From the human T2T-CHM13v2.0 reference genome, Homo sapiens, in NCBI RefSeq assembly GCF_009914755.1, contig NC_060942.1: a stretch of DNA of 64,000 nucleotides. The stretch is one strand, 5' to 3'. This document shows positions 28,563 through 39,667 of this stretch, piece after piece. A program made the position numbers and the translations under genes. The notes beneath the pieces were generated by a model. That model had not been told where the DNA came from and did not search any database. It saw only the letters and a program-made list of their open reading frames with translations. The stretch's first letter is position 1. Every line of letters begins with the position of its first letter.

Positions 28563-29545
28563 TCAATTTTGAGTCAGATAACTAATCCAATACATGCACC
28601 TCATGAAAAAATGTCTTTCATGTCTGTACTTTCTGGGGTTGAAATTTTAGCAGAATCATTCCAAATGCTAGTAAATGTTTTTTCTCCTTCTCACAGCTAG
28701 TAAAATCTTAGAGTACATGGAATTTCAAATGCTATCAAATTGCATCAGTAGTGATGAGATATGCCACTGCGCATTGGGTGGCTACAGCCAGATGCTTTTA
28801 CTTTATGTCAGGAGGTTGTGCCATGTGGGAATGACCAATTGCTTACCTAGCAGTGCTAGACTGACTGGGTTCTCCCCTTTAACCACTGCTGCATGGCAAG
28901 TGAAACCAGCCAAAGCCATGCATTTCTGGCTGCTTTCACAACATCTAGAATTAGATGAAGTGATCTCTTGAGAACAGTATCTGGGTTCAGCAGAAGTTGT
29001 TAGAGTCCCTGAAGATAAAACTTGGAAGAAGATAAAAAGAGCAAGGAAGATGTATTATCTCTCTTTCCTCCCTTTTACATGCTTTTGTTCCAAATAACAA
29101 TTTTTTGTTGTGTCTTTCATACTGCCTGTCTGAGACACCTTGTGTGACCAGGCAACTGCATCTTTGTGGCTCATGATGGAAAACTGGCCAGCAGAGTAGC
29201 ACACCAATTTATGTTGCTTCTTATGTTTCTCCTCTTTACTTTTTTTTTTTCCTTAATCTTCCTGTCCTGAGATTTAACTGTCCTCCTCCCAAAATTACAC
29301 AAAAATGAGAAAAATCGGCATTTTTCCTACTTTATTTCTGTTTTCTAGGGATCTGTGTTAAGAAACTAGAACAGCAACAGTTCATGAAATCAATAGTCAC
29401 CATCTAATTTGGCCTTGGTTTTTATATTCAAGACTTTGCAGACTTGGGAATTGCATATGTAGAGTGTAATTTTATCCATAAAACAGATTTTTGAAAAGGT
29501 TTTAGTGCCATCATTATCCTTAAGGTCTCATTATTTTAAACGTCT

Positions 29546-30042
29546 GTGGATAGATGCAGAATAATCTCCACCTCCCTTCAATGCTCACTCCAAGGATGTT
29601 TAAATTTTAATCCTTAAAATCTGTAAATATTTTGTATTTCATAATAAAAAAGGCCTTGTTTATGTGATTAAATTAAGGACATTGAGTTGAAATTCTCCTG
29701 TGTTATCCAAGTAGGCCTAATGTAATAAAAAGAGCCTTTAATAGTGAAAGAGTGAGCTGGAAGAGTCAGAGTGATAAACATGAGAGACTCAATAACCACT
29801 GCTGGCTTTAAAATGGAAGAGGGCCACAAACAGAGGAATTGGAAAGCCTCTAGAAACTGGAAAAGGCAAGACAATGGGAGCCTAGAGACTCAAGGAGGAA
29901 CCCAGCCCTGCCTTCAGGACTAGATTTTAGCTCAGTAAGATTCACTTTGTATTTCTGGCATCTAGAAATATAATAAATTTGTATGGTTTCAAGCCACTAA
30001 GTTTGTGGTAAGCTGTTATTGCAGCAAGAAGAAATTAATACA
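29546..30042 (+). mobile_element. MaLR LTR (MLT1D-like)
   Basis: TGTGG...CAGAATAAT start; ends AAGCCACTAAGTTTGTGGTAA...TTATTGCAGCAAGAAGAAATTAATACA. Confidence 0.88.
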
Positions 30043-30095
30043 GAGGCTTTAGAATTTTTGTCATAGAATATTTACCAATGTAGAAATAATTTTTG

Positions 30096-32006
30096 TGGGT
30101 TTGATTTCTAAAATTTCAACTTTTATTTTAGATATAGAGTGTCCATGTACAGGAATGTAACATGAGTATATTGCATGATGCTGAGGTTTAGGGTACAGAT
30201 CCTGTCACCCAGATAGTGAGTTTAGTACCCAATAGGTAGCTTTTTAACCCATGCTCCTTCTTCTTCCTCCCCTTTCTAATAGTCCACAATATCTATTCAT
30301 GTGGAACTCTGAATCAATTAAACTTTTCCTGTCTTTATGCCCATGAGTACCTGGTATTTAGCTTCCACTTATAAATGAGGATATGTGGTATTTGGTTTTC
30401 TGTTCCTGTGTTAATTCACCTTCAGCTGTGCTATTGTGAATAATGTTATTGTGAATAACATTGTGATGAACATAGGAATACATGTGTCTTTTGGTAGAAC
30501 AATCTATTTTCTTTTGGATATTTATCTAGTAATGGGGTTGTTGAGTCACATGGTAGCTCTGATATAAGTTCTTTGAAAAATACCCAAACTGCTTTCCACA
30601 GTGGCTGAGCAAATTTACAGTCTCATCAACAGCATATAAATGTTCCCTTTTCTCTGAAGCCACACCAGCATCTGTTATTATTTGACTTTTTAATAATAGC
30701 CATTCTGACTGGTGTGAGATTGGAACTCATTGTGATTTTGATTTGCATCTCTCATAGTTAATGATGATGAGCATTTCTTCATGTTTGTTGGCTACTTGTA
30801 TATCTTCTTTTGAGAAGTGTCTGTTCATGTCTTTTGCTCATTTTTTTAATGAGGTTGTTTTTTGATTACTGATATAAGTTCCTTATAGATTTTGGATAGT
30901 GGACCTTTTTTAGATGCATAGTTTGCAACTATTTTCTCTCATTATGTGTGATATCTGTTCACTGTGTAGAAGTCCCTTAGTTTAATTAGCTCTCACTTGT
31001 CAATATTTGTTTTTGTTGCAATTGTTTTGGGGACTTACCAACAATTCTTTGCCAAAGCAAATGTCCAGTGGGGTATATCCTAGGTTTTTGTTTAGAAATT
31101 GTTATAGTCTGAGTTCTTACATTTGAATCTTTAATCCACCTTGAGTTATTTTTTTTTTATATGGTGAAATGTAGGGGTCAAGTTTCATTCTTCTGCATAT
31201 GGCTAGCCAGTTATCCCAGCACCATTTATTGAATAGAGAGCACTTTCCCTATTGCTAGTTTTTGTCAGCTTTGTCAAAGATGAAATTGTTGTAGGTGTAT
31301 GGCTTTCTTTCTGTGTTCCATATTGTATTCCATTGGCCTATGTGTCTGTTTTTGTGCTAGCACAATGCTGTTTTGGTTACTATAGCCTTACAGTATAGTT
31401 TAAATTTGAGTAGTGTGATGCCTCTGGCTTTTTTATTTAAGAGTGCCTTGGCTCTTTAGGTTCTTTTTTGGTTCCTCATGAATTTTAGAATAATTTTTCC
31501 TAAATCTGTGAAAAATTCCATCAGTAGTTTGATAGAAACAGCATTGAACCTGTAAATTGCTTTGCAGAGTATGGCCATTTTAATGTTATAGATTCTCCCA
31601 ATCCATAAGCATAGAATTCTTTTTTAAATTTATTTGTGCCATCTCTGATTTTTTCATCAGTGTGTTGTAGTCCTCCTTGTACAGATCTTTTACCTTCTTG
31701 GTCAGATGTATCCCTAGGTATTTTATTCATTTTGTGGATATTGTAAATGGGGTTACATTCTTGATTTGGCTCTCAGCTTGAATATTACTCATATATAGAA
31801 ATGCTACTAATTTTTGTACATTTATTTTCTATCCTGAAACTTCTCTGAAGTCATTTTTCAGTTCAAGAAACCTTTTGGCTGAGTCTTTAGGGATTTTTAG
31901 TTATAGAATCAGATTGTCAGTAAAGAGGGGTGGTTTGACTTCTTCTTTTCCTATTTGGGTACTTTTTATTTATTTCTCTCACCTAATTAATCTGACTAGG
32001 ACTTTC
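30096..32006 (-). mobile_element. 5'-truncated primate L1 (L1PA15/16-L1PB-like), about 1.9 kb
   Basis: Antisense 3' UTR (CAACTTTTATTTTAGAT...GCATGATGCTGAGGTTT) and ORF2 C-terminal region; TSD TAGAAATAA(T/A)TTTTG at 30081-30095 and 32007-32021. Confidence 0.92.
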
Positions 32007-32147
32007 TAGAAATAAATTTTGAATAAGTAGAAATGTGTTTTGAAGGGCGTATAAAAAACTCTTAAAATATTTGAGGATATTTGTCATTCAAAACTCTTCA
32101 CTTTCAAGATCACATGAACAAACAGGAAACATAGAAGTATTTGTGGG

Positions 32148-32515
32148 TAAAATGGATTGGCTGTATCTCCACACAAATCTCATCTCAAATTGTAATCCCC
32201 ATGTGTCGGGAGCCAGGGAGAGACCTGGTGGAAGGTGATTAGATCATGAGGCTGGTCCCTCCATGCTGTTTTCATGATAGTGAGTGAGTTCTCACAAGAT
32301 CTGGTTGTTTGATAAGTGTTTGGTGCTTCCCCCTTCTCTCTCTGCCTCCTACTGTCATGTAAGACATGCCTTGCTTCCCCTTCACCTTCCACCATGATTG
32401 TAAGTTTCCTGAGGCCTCTTCAGCCATGTGGAACTGTGAATCAATTAAACTTTTCTTTATAAATTACCTGGTCTCAAGTAGTATCTTTATAGCAATGTGA
32501 AAATGAACTAATACA
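32148..32515 (+). mobile_element. THE1D-like 5' LTR
   Basis: Matches the THE1D consensus as recalled (CAAATCTCATCTCAAATTGTAATCCCC...GATAGTGAGTGAGTTCTCACAAGATCTG...ACTAATACA); preceded by TSD GTGGG at 32143-32147. Confidence 0.92.
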
Positions 32516-33868
32516 GGAAATTGGTAACATGGAGAGTGGGGCGCTGCTATAAAGATAACCTGAAAATGTGGAAGTGACTTTGGAACTGGGTAATGGGCAG
32601 ACGTTGGAATAGTTTTGAAGGGTCAGAAGAAGACAAGATCGTATGGGAAAGTCTGGAATTTCCCAGAGATTTGTTGAATGGTTTTGGCCAAAATGCTGAT
32701 ACTGATATGGACAATGAACTCCAGGCTGAGATGGTCTCAGATGGAGATGAGGAACTTATATTTAAAAGGGTAGCAAAAGATTAGAGTTTGGAAAATTTAA
32801 AGACTGACTATGTGGTAAAAAAGAAAACCCCATTTCCTGGGGAGAAATTCGAGCCAGCCTTAGAAATTTGCATAAGTGACAAGGAGCCAAATGTTAATAG
32901 CCAAGGCAATGGGGAAAATGTCTCCAGGGAATGTCAGAGACCTTCACGGTAGCCCCTCCCAAGGCCTGGAGGCCTAGAAATGAAAAATGGTTTCATGAGT
33001 GGGGCCCAAGACTCCATTACTCTGTGCAGCCTCTGGACATGGCACCCTGTGTCCCAGCAGCTCCAGCTCCAGTGGTAACTAAAAGGAGCCAATTTACAGC
33101 TCAGGCCATTGTTTCAAGGGGTACAAGCCCCAAGATTTGGAGGCTTCCACATGGACCTGGGCCAGCAGATGCACAGAGGTCAGGAGTTGAGGCTTGGCAG
33201 CCTCCAACTAGATTTCAGAGGATGTATGTATGAAAACGCCTGGATGCCCAGGCAGAGGTCTGTTAATGAGGCAGAAGCCTCACGGAGAACCTCTACTAGG
33301 GCAATGCAGGGGGATATGTGGGGTTGCAGCTCCCAAACTGAGTCCCCACTGGGGCACTGCCTAGTGTAGCTGTGAAACGGCTACTGTCCTCCAGATCCCA
33401 GAATGGTAAATCCACTGAGAGCTTGCACCATGCACCTAGAAAATCCACAGGCACTCAATGCCAACCTGTGAAAACAGCCACAGAGGCTTTACCCTACAGA
33501 GCAGAGCCACAGGGGTGGAGCTGCCAAAGCCCTGGAGAGCCCACCCCTTTCATCAGTGTGCCCTGGATGTGAGACATGAAAGCAAAGAAGATTTTGGAGC
33601 TTTAATATAGTAACTGCCCAGCTGGGTTTTGGACTTGCATGGGACCTGTGGTCCCCTTGGTTTTGCCAATTTCTTCTATTTGGAATGGGAACATTTACCC
33701 AATGCCTGTACCCTTGTTGTATCTTGGAAGTAACTAACTCGTTTTTGATTTTACAGGCTCATAGGCAGAACAGACTTCCCTTGCCTCAGATGAGACTTTG
33801 CACTTGGACTTTTGAGTTAATGCTGGAATAAGTTAAGACTTTGGGGGACTGTTGGGAAGGCATGGTTG
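32516..33868 (+). mobile_element. THE1/MST internal sequence (left part; continues at 40152-40204)
   Basis: GTGGAAGTGACTTTGGAACTGGGTAATGGGCAGA...CTCAGATGAGACTTTG...GACTTTGGGGGACTGTTGGGAAGGCATG; resumes after the provirus with ATTTTAAAATGTG and a PPT-like GGAAGGGGCCGGGGCAGGG. Confidence 0.92.
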
Positions 33869-34455
33869 TGTTATAAGTAAAGTTTTGGTGCCACAAAAGA
33901 AATAGCACTTGAATATAAAATTTTCTTTTTAATTCTCAGCAAGGCAAGGTACTTCTATAGAAGGGTGTGCCCTTACAGATGGAGCAATGGTGAAGCACAT
34001 ACTTGGACAAGGGATGGGAAGGGGGTCTTATCACTGACACACGTGGCCCCTGCTGCTGTGTTGTTCCCTATTGGCTAGGGTTAGGCCGTACAGGATAAAC
34101 TAATTCCGATTGGCTAATTTAAAGATAGTGATGGGGTGAGTGGTTTGGCGGGAAAAATGGTTATGATAGAGCAGGTAATCGGAATGAGTCAGGGTGGAGT
34201 AGGTAATCGGAATGAGTCAGAGTGGAGCAGGTAATCGGAATGAGTCAGGGTAGAGTAGGTAATCAGAATGAGTCAGGGTGGAGCAGGTAATCGGAATGAG
34301 TCAGGGTGGGGCAGGTAATCGGAATGGGTCAGGGTGGAGTAGGTAATCAAAAAAGGTTGCTTTACAAGGAAGTTAAGTTTAAAAGTAGAAGGCAAAGAAT
34401 TGAACATACTGACATACTGATTCTTTGAAAAGAAATTTAGAACTCATATCTAACA
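33869..34455 (-). mobile_element. 3' LTR (LTR10, probably LTR10F), 587 bp
   Basis: TG...CA termini; adjacent PPT AAATGCAAGAGGAGGGGT (minus strand, 34456-34473); two CCAAT boxes and ATTAAA on the minus strand. Confidence 0.9.
34171..34348. repeat. 28-bp tandem repeat with AP-1 motifs (6 full units plus a partial)
   Basis: Unit G(C/T)AGGTAATCGGAATGAGTCAGGGTGGA; five TGAGTCA and one TGGGTCA. Confidence 0.97.
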
Positions 34456-36470
34456 ACCCCTCCTCTTGCATTTCCTTACAGCTCCTTCTTTTCAAATTTT
34501 TTAACATGTCTTGGTTTAGTTGTTCCACTTGATTTTCCAAAAGAAGAAGCTTCTCTGGATAAGGTGGAGGATAGTTAAGGGAGGTTTTAGTAAGTGCCAT
34601 TGTTATGAGCCTCTGCACCAACCCACGGACGCATGGTGTGACACAGCACCTGACAAGAATAAGTACACCCTTTACGGCTGCGAGGGAAGTAAGAATTGAG
34701 GCTATTATTCTCTTCCATTTACCGAACCACTCTTTTAGCCATTCTGTAAAGGGGTCATTTACCCTTGAGTTGTTGGCTAACTCACTGGACAGAGCAGTCA
34801 GATCTTGCAATACCTTTGTTATACTTCCATCAGGGGCGCTGTTGTTTGGGATGAAGGTACAACATTGAGTTTTAGTCATGATGCAAACTCCTCCTTTTTT
34901 TGCTAATATAATATCTAAGGCTATCCTATTTTCCCAAGCCATCTGGCTAGTAGCCTCTAATTGCTCAGCTGTTCCTTTAACAACATCTCTAGCGTAGTTA
35001 ATAAATCACTGTTGGTTGTAGTAGACGTAGTTTATCCAATCTACAATTTTATTAATTGTCATCCACCAAAATACTGACTCAAATCCTGCAGCTATTTGAT
35101 TTTGGGCTTTAAATTATCTGGTATTTCCCGTGGGACTCCATTTGCGTTTAAATAGATATGAGAGTTAAAAGATCCATAAGGGGCTTCTCTCACTTTACAA
35201 TGTCTTATTTTTTTCTTCCGCTAGTTAATGAAATGCCAGGGTGAAAGAGATAGCCAACTGAACTAAAGCACAAGTGCCAGTTCAGTTATTTGGCATAGTG
35301 TGCAGTAAAGTTCCACCACAATGCCACCACACATCCACTCGTGGATGAACACGGGCTGACTGATTGATAAGCTCTTGAAAATTCTTAAGCTCGCTGCATC
35401 CCTTCAGGTCTCCAAGGAATGCTGTTTCCTCCCTGTCATGAGAGACATGAAGTGAACTTAGTGTTGGGAGACAGAAGGAGGATGGCCCTTGGGGACTGAC
35501 CCACAAGGTGCCAGATTTCAGGATATAGCAGAGAGAGAGCTTGGCATGATTTGTTACTTCAGGCTGTAGAATCCTAGAAAAGAGCTACCATGCCCAGTTG
35601 ACAAGAAGAACCCCCTAGTGGAAAGGGGACAGTCTGGGCCTCTGGCCTGCTGTTTACACAAGCATAACAATTGCTTTTGTTTAACATGCGGATGGAATAT
35701 TTGATCCATTCCGACCAGGCATTTGCATCTTGGTATCCTGTCTTAATTGCCAAAGTTTGTTTTAAGTCTTTAACTTCTACCGTAGCTATCTTGATCTTAG
35801 ATGCAAGAGAAGCAATTGTTCCATTGTGAGAGGTTTTGGAAGAAGGCTTAGAGGAAGGTGCAGGTGGCGAGGAATCAAAGAAATGCATATCAAAGAATCC
35901 AATGGGGTCTGTCCCTGAAACCTCAGCCCCTATACCATAAAACCGGCTTAAAGGGAACTGGCTTAGAAAATGGGAAGAACTTTGAGGGTTTGAGATAATA
36001 ACCTGTGTAAGATTGCACTGGTTTAGCTGACAGTTAGGGGGTGGGGCTGTCCCTCTAGTAAAATGAATGTATGGTTTTAGGAAATTACAAAAACCGGTTG
36101 GGGCAGTCCATCCTTGCTCTTTAGTGGTTCACAGAATGTTGGATCGACTGTGGCATAAAAGCTCTACATCAGAGGGGCAAGACTCCTAGTTGACACTGGG
36201 ATCTTTATCAAAATCTCCCCAGATTAAATGGTCCCAATTCACTAATGCCCAGTCTGAGGAGAGTTAGGAGAGATAGAGGTGCTTCTCTGAAGTAGAGAGC
36301 TGTCTTTGACTTGGCACGTTCCCACAGGGTATAACAAGGCAAGCATTAAATACAATAGTTTGAGGTGAAAATGACTTGGTTATGTTAATAACTAGATGGT
36401 CAGCAATAGAGCGAGGAAAGAAGAAAGAGTAACAGAATAGATGAAAGAGAGTTAAATTTTTCTTAGTTTT
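34379..36470 (-). pseudogene. env: Retroviral env (gamma-type, HERV-I group), disrupted
   Basis: SU piece with CYAC (ORF 35574-35888); degenerate furin site (RHCKVR); GVPR and NQIAAGFES motifs; TGA stop at 35006-35008; TM ORF 34379-34942 with ISD WENRIALDIILAKKGGVC, CX6CC and a membrane anchor. 5' boundary approximate. Confidence 0.9.
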
Positions 36471-36499
36471 AGTTTGGTACAGGTTTTCCCCTGGGACTA

Positions 36500-36700
36500 T
36501 GGTCCACGACTCTGGAGGGGGCAGTGCTTTCTTGACACCAGTGTAACGAGTTCATCCCCTTTTTGCTGTACAAATAGCAATCTCGCTGGTTAGTAGCACA
36601 AGGTAGGGTCCTTCCCAGGCTGGCTTGAGTTTTTCTTCTTTCCACCCTTTGAGGAGAATGTGATCTTCAGGCTGGTGCTGGTTTACCAGAAATTCTAGGG
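36500..36700 (-). pseudogene. pol: pol remnant: integrase C-terminal GPY/F region
   Basis: Manual translation QPEDHILLKGWKEEKLKPAWEGPYLVLLTSEIAICTAKRG*TRYTGVKKA contains the WxGPY motif and an in-frame stop. Confidence 0.82.
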
Positions 36701-38544
36701 GTGGTACCTTTGCTAAAATACTTTCAGTTTTGAGGGAAAGGAAAGTGGAAGATAAACCAAGTATATATTTTCTAAGAAACTGATATTTTGTTTTAAATGT
36801 GGGGACATCAGCAGTGGACTTTATAGTCCTTGGTGCCTTCTTACTGAGAAATTTTCTTTAGCACCTATTTTTATTAGTTTTTAGACCAAAGAAAGCCAAA
36901 CACTATTTTATATTTGACAATGCTTCCTGTATGATTTTTATGCCAGGTAAGCTAAATTTCACCTTTATATTAGTATGTTGTTAATGTTAAACTCAATTTT
37001 AATAAAACCTTGTAGACATATTTATCCAATTTTAACATCTGACCACAAGGTAAGATTTTTATAGACTCTTTTTAACCTTTTATAATTTTTGTTAAAGAGC
37101 AGGTTAGTGCTTTAAGAAAAACCCATTGTGCTTTTATTTTAATGTTCAGTTCACAGAAAAACTGGATGATACCCCTTTAACTTTAGCCAATATGTTTACA
37201 CACAGAATTTCCTTTGCAATTAACATTTTAAAACTTGCTTAAACCTTTAAAACAAAATTTTTAACCTTTTAATGTAGGTAAAAATGCACATTTTTATGCC
37301 TCCTTATAATCCTTTTATCAAAATTATATTTTACTTTCCTTGCACACCTTGCACATAAACTGTTTCTTCAATAGTTTTACATTCAGGAGGCCTAATTACT
37401 TCTAAATTATACAACATTTCTTGCATAAATTCCCTTTTATAACTTTTTTTCACGACTTTCACAGTCTTTGACTTGCCTCAACCTTCTGACTTGTTGCAAA
37501 CATGCCTTTCTTTAAAAAACCAGTTAATTTATTTTAGGACAAGAATTTATCACATAACATTCTTTTTATATAAATTCTTCCCCTACCCTTTTTTTTTTTT
37601 TATTTTCTCCAAAGCAAACTTCCTTCATGTCTGTGGACTAGACTGCCTAAGGCCACAAGACTAGAAGTTAAGATAATACATGTTACACTGTTAACTTTTA
37701 GCAAATTTTACTTAAGTTGAAAACCTTGTAAGTTTGGGATTTTAATTATCCTTTGCTATTAATAAGACCTTGTTTAGCCCAAATTAACTTAGAATTTGTA
37801 TAGATGGTTCCTTCTTGGTTCTGTAAGTACTTTAAGGCTTGGCTGAGTGCAAACAGCTCGCTCACATGTTTGAGCAGATCAATTATTAGGCAATTTTCCT
37901 AACTCTGCCTCAACAAGAGTTTCCCTATCAATTACTGAATACCCATTGTGTCTTTTTTCCTCAATCACCCGGGAGGAACTTTCTATAGTCCTGTCCTGAA
38001 GGGAGTTCCTCCTAGGTCTGGTTGAACTTTTGTATGGTAATTAATTAAGATTTAGATCCCCTGTTAGGAAACCTGCTGGGTTAAGGGAATTATCAGAGGT
38101 TAATTTTAAATCATCTTTTTCTAACAGAATAGCCCCATACTTCAAGATTTTTGAGTTAGTAAGCTACCTTTTTGCTTTTTTTTTTTTTTTTTTTTTTTTT
38201 TTGACTTAGGGTAGTTCTGAACTGGTGAGGTAGTTCTGAACTGGTGCTCACAATGAGGTTTCCTCTAAAAGTTATTTTTCTACTTTCTTCTGCTAGCAAA
38301 GCAGTTGTTGCTACAGAAGGAATGCATTTGGGCCATCCTCGGGTTACTGGGTTAATTTTTGATAGGAAGGCTACGGGTCGTTAGTGGCCTCAGTGCTTTT
38401 GGGTTACGCCCTTGTTTACACTGACAACAAGGTGGTATTGGAGTGTTATAGGGTCATGGAAAAGACCTTCAATTATCAATTACAGGTTTTAAATTTACCC
38501 TGGCTTTTAAAGGAATAGGGTACACTGTTTTTTCTTTACTAGTT

Positions 38545-38830
38545 CTATCTCTTTCTCTCTTTGACTTTGTCTCTCTCTTTCTCTCGTTGACTCCCTCTTT
38601 GTCTCTCTGCCTCTTCCTCTCTCTCTGCCTGTCTCTTTCTCTCTCTTTGACTCCCTCTTTGTCTCTCTGTCTCTTCCTCTCTCTCTCTCCCCTCTCTCTG
38701 CCTCTCTCTCTCTCCCCTCTCTCTTTCCCTTCTCTCTCTTTCTTTCCTCTCTCTCTCTCCTCTCTGCTGTTCTTTCCCTGCTTCTGCCTGCCGCTTATGC
38801 TGCTGTTCTCCCCTCTCCTTCCCCTTCCCT
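38545..38830. repeat. CT-rich (GA-rich on the proviral strand) low-complexity tract
   Basis: Imperfect (CT)n with repeated TTGACTCCCTCTTTGTCTCTCTG units. Confidence 0.92.
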
Positions 38831-38955
38831 TAGAGGAGGGACTGGCGGGAGTGGAGCTACCCTTTCCTCCCCCGAGAAGAAAGGAAAGAGGAGTTCTGAA
38901 TATTTTTCTTATTACCGGAGGTTTGTGTGAGGTTCAACCCCTGAAATTAGTGGGA

Positions 38956-39091
38956 GGCTCAACCCCTCACACCAGGGATGTCTCGCCTTGCCTGTCCTGG
39001 AAGCCTCAACCCCTCACACCGAAATGTCTCATCTTGCCTGTCCCGGAAGGCTCAACCCCTCACACCAGTCTTGCCTTGCTGCTCTGGAAGG
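38956..39091. repeat. About 46-bp tandem repeat (3 units) in the proviral leader
   Basis: G(G/C)CTCAACCCCTCACACC...CTTGCCTGTCC(T/C)GGAA units start at 38956, 39003 and 39049. Confidence 0.92.
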
Positions 39092-39646
39092 TTGACCTGT
39101 TTCCTCCCTTTACCCCTTTGAAGGTCCCTTGCACACTTCCCACTCATGTTGTCCTCTCTGGCTGCTCCCCAAGGGAGAATTAGGCCCCTCTTAGTGTTGG
39201 CGTGCTGGTATAAATCCCACGACAGGGTCTGCCCTAAGCCATTTGAGGTAGCTATGGAAGTGCAGAAAGGACCCACTCACTCCGTCCAGCAGTAGAACTT
39301 TTCACCATCCACATGAACAGCACCACAAGTAGGGTTGTTTGTGATCATTCACGCACACATACATTTAGCCCTCCAGAATTTGACCACCAAGGAAGTACTT
39401 TACCGGTTCCTGCAGCTTCTCCTTCCTTAGTCTGTGCACAGAATCGTCGCTGCAGTCTATGAGGATCCTTTAAGCTAGGTTGCTGGCCAGTCCCTCCCCC
39501 CAGCCCCTCCCCTGCGCGTTGCTGAGAGCTGCGGTTATTCCTCGCACTGAGTGGGTCTTGAGTTCTCACCCCCGAGGCCGCCACAAGGGGGCGGGGCATG
39601 TCTCCTCAGAAGAGAGAACCAGAGACCGCCCCCGGAGGATAATGTA

Positions 39647-39665
39647 ATCACCGGTGAGGCCCCAA
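39647..39665 (-). promoter_or_regulatory. Primer binding site, tRNA-Pro-like
   Basis: TTGGGGCCTCACCGGTGAT just after the 5' LTR resembles TGGGGGCTCGTCCGGGAT (complement of the tRNA-Pro 3' end) with several mismatches. Confidence 0.7.
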
Positions 39666-39667
39666 AT

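Noticed and set aside
32593-33572. Cluster of ORFs in the THE1 internal region
   Set aside because: Fragmented MaLR internal ORF with stops and frameshifts; common to the family.
33995-34016. Possible p53 site in LTR10 (CATACTTGGACAAGGGA)
   Set aside because: It does not fit RRRCWWGYYY x2; p53 sites are described for other LTR10 subfamilies.
34171-34348. Regular 28-bp array superficially like a CRISPR array
   Set aside because: There are no unique spacers; it is a head-to-tail repeat inside a primate LTR.
38587-39183. 198-aa Ser/Leu-rich ORF
   Set aside because: Translation of a CT-rich low-complexity tract, antisense to the provirus.
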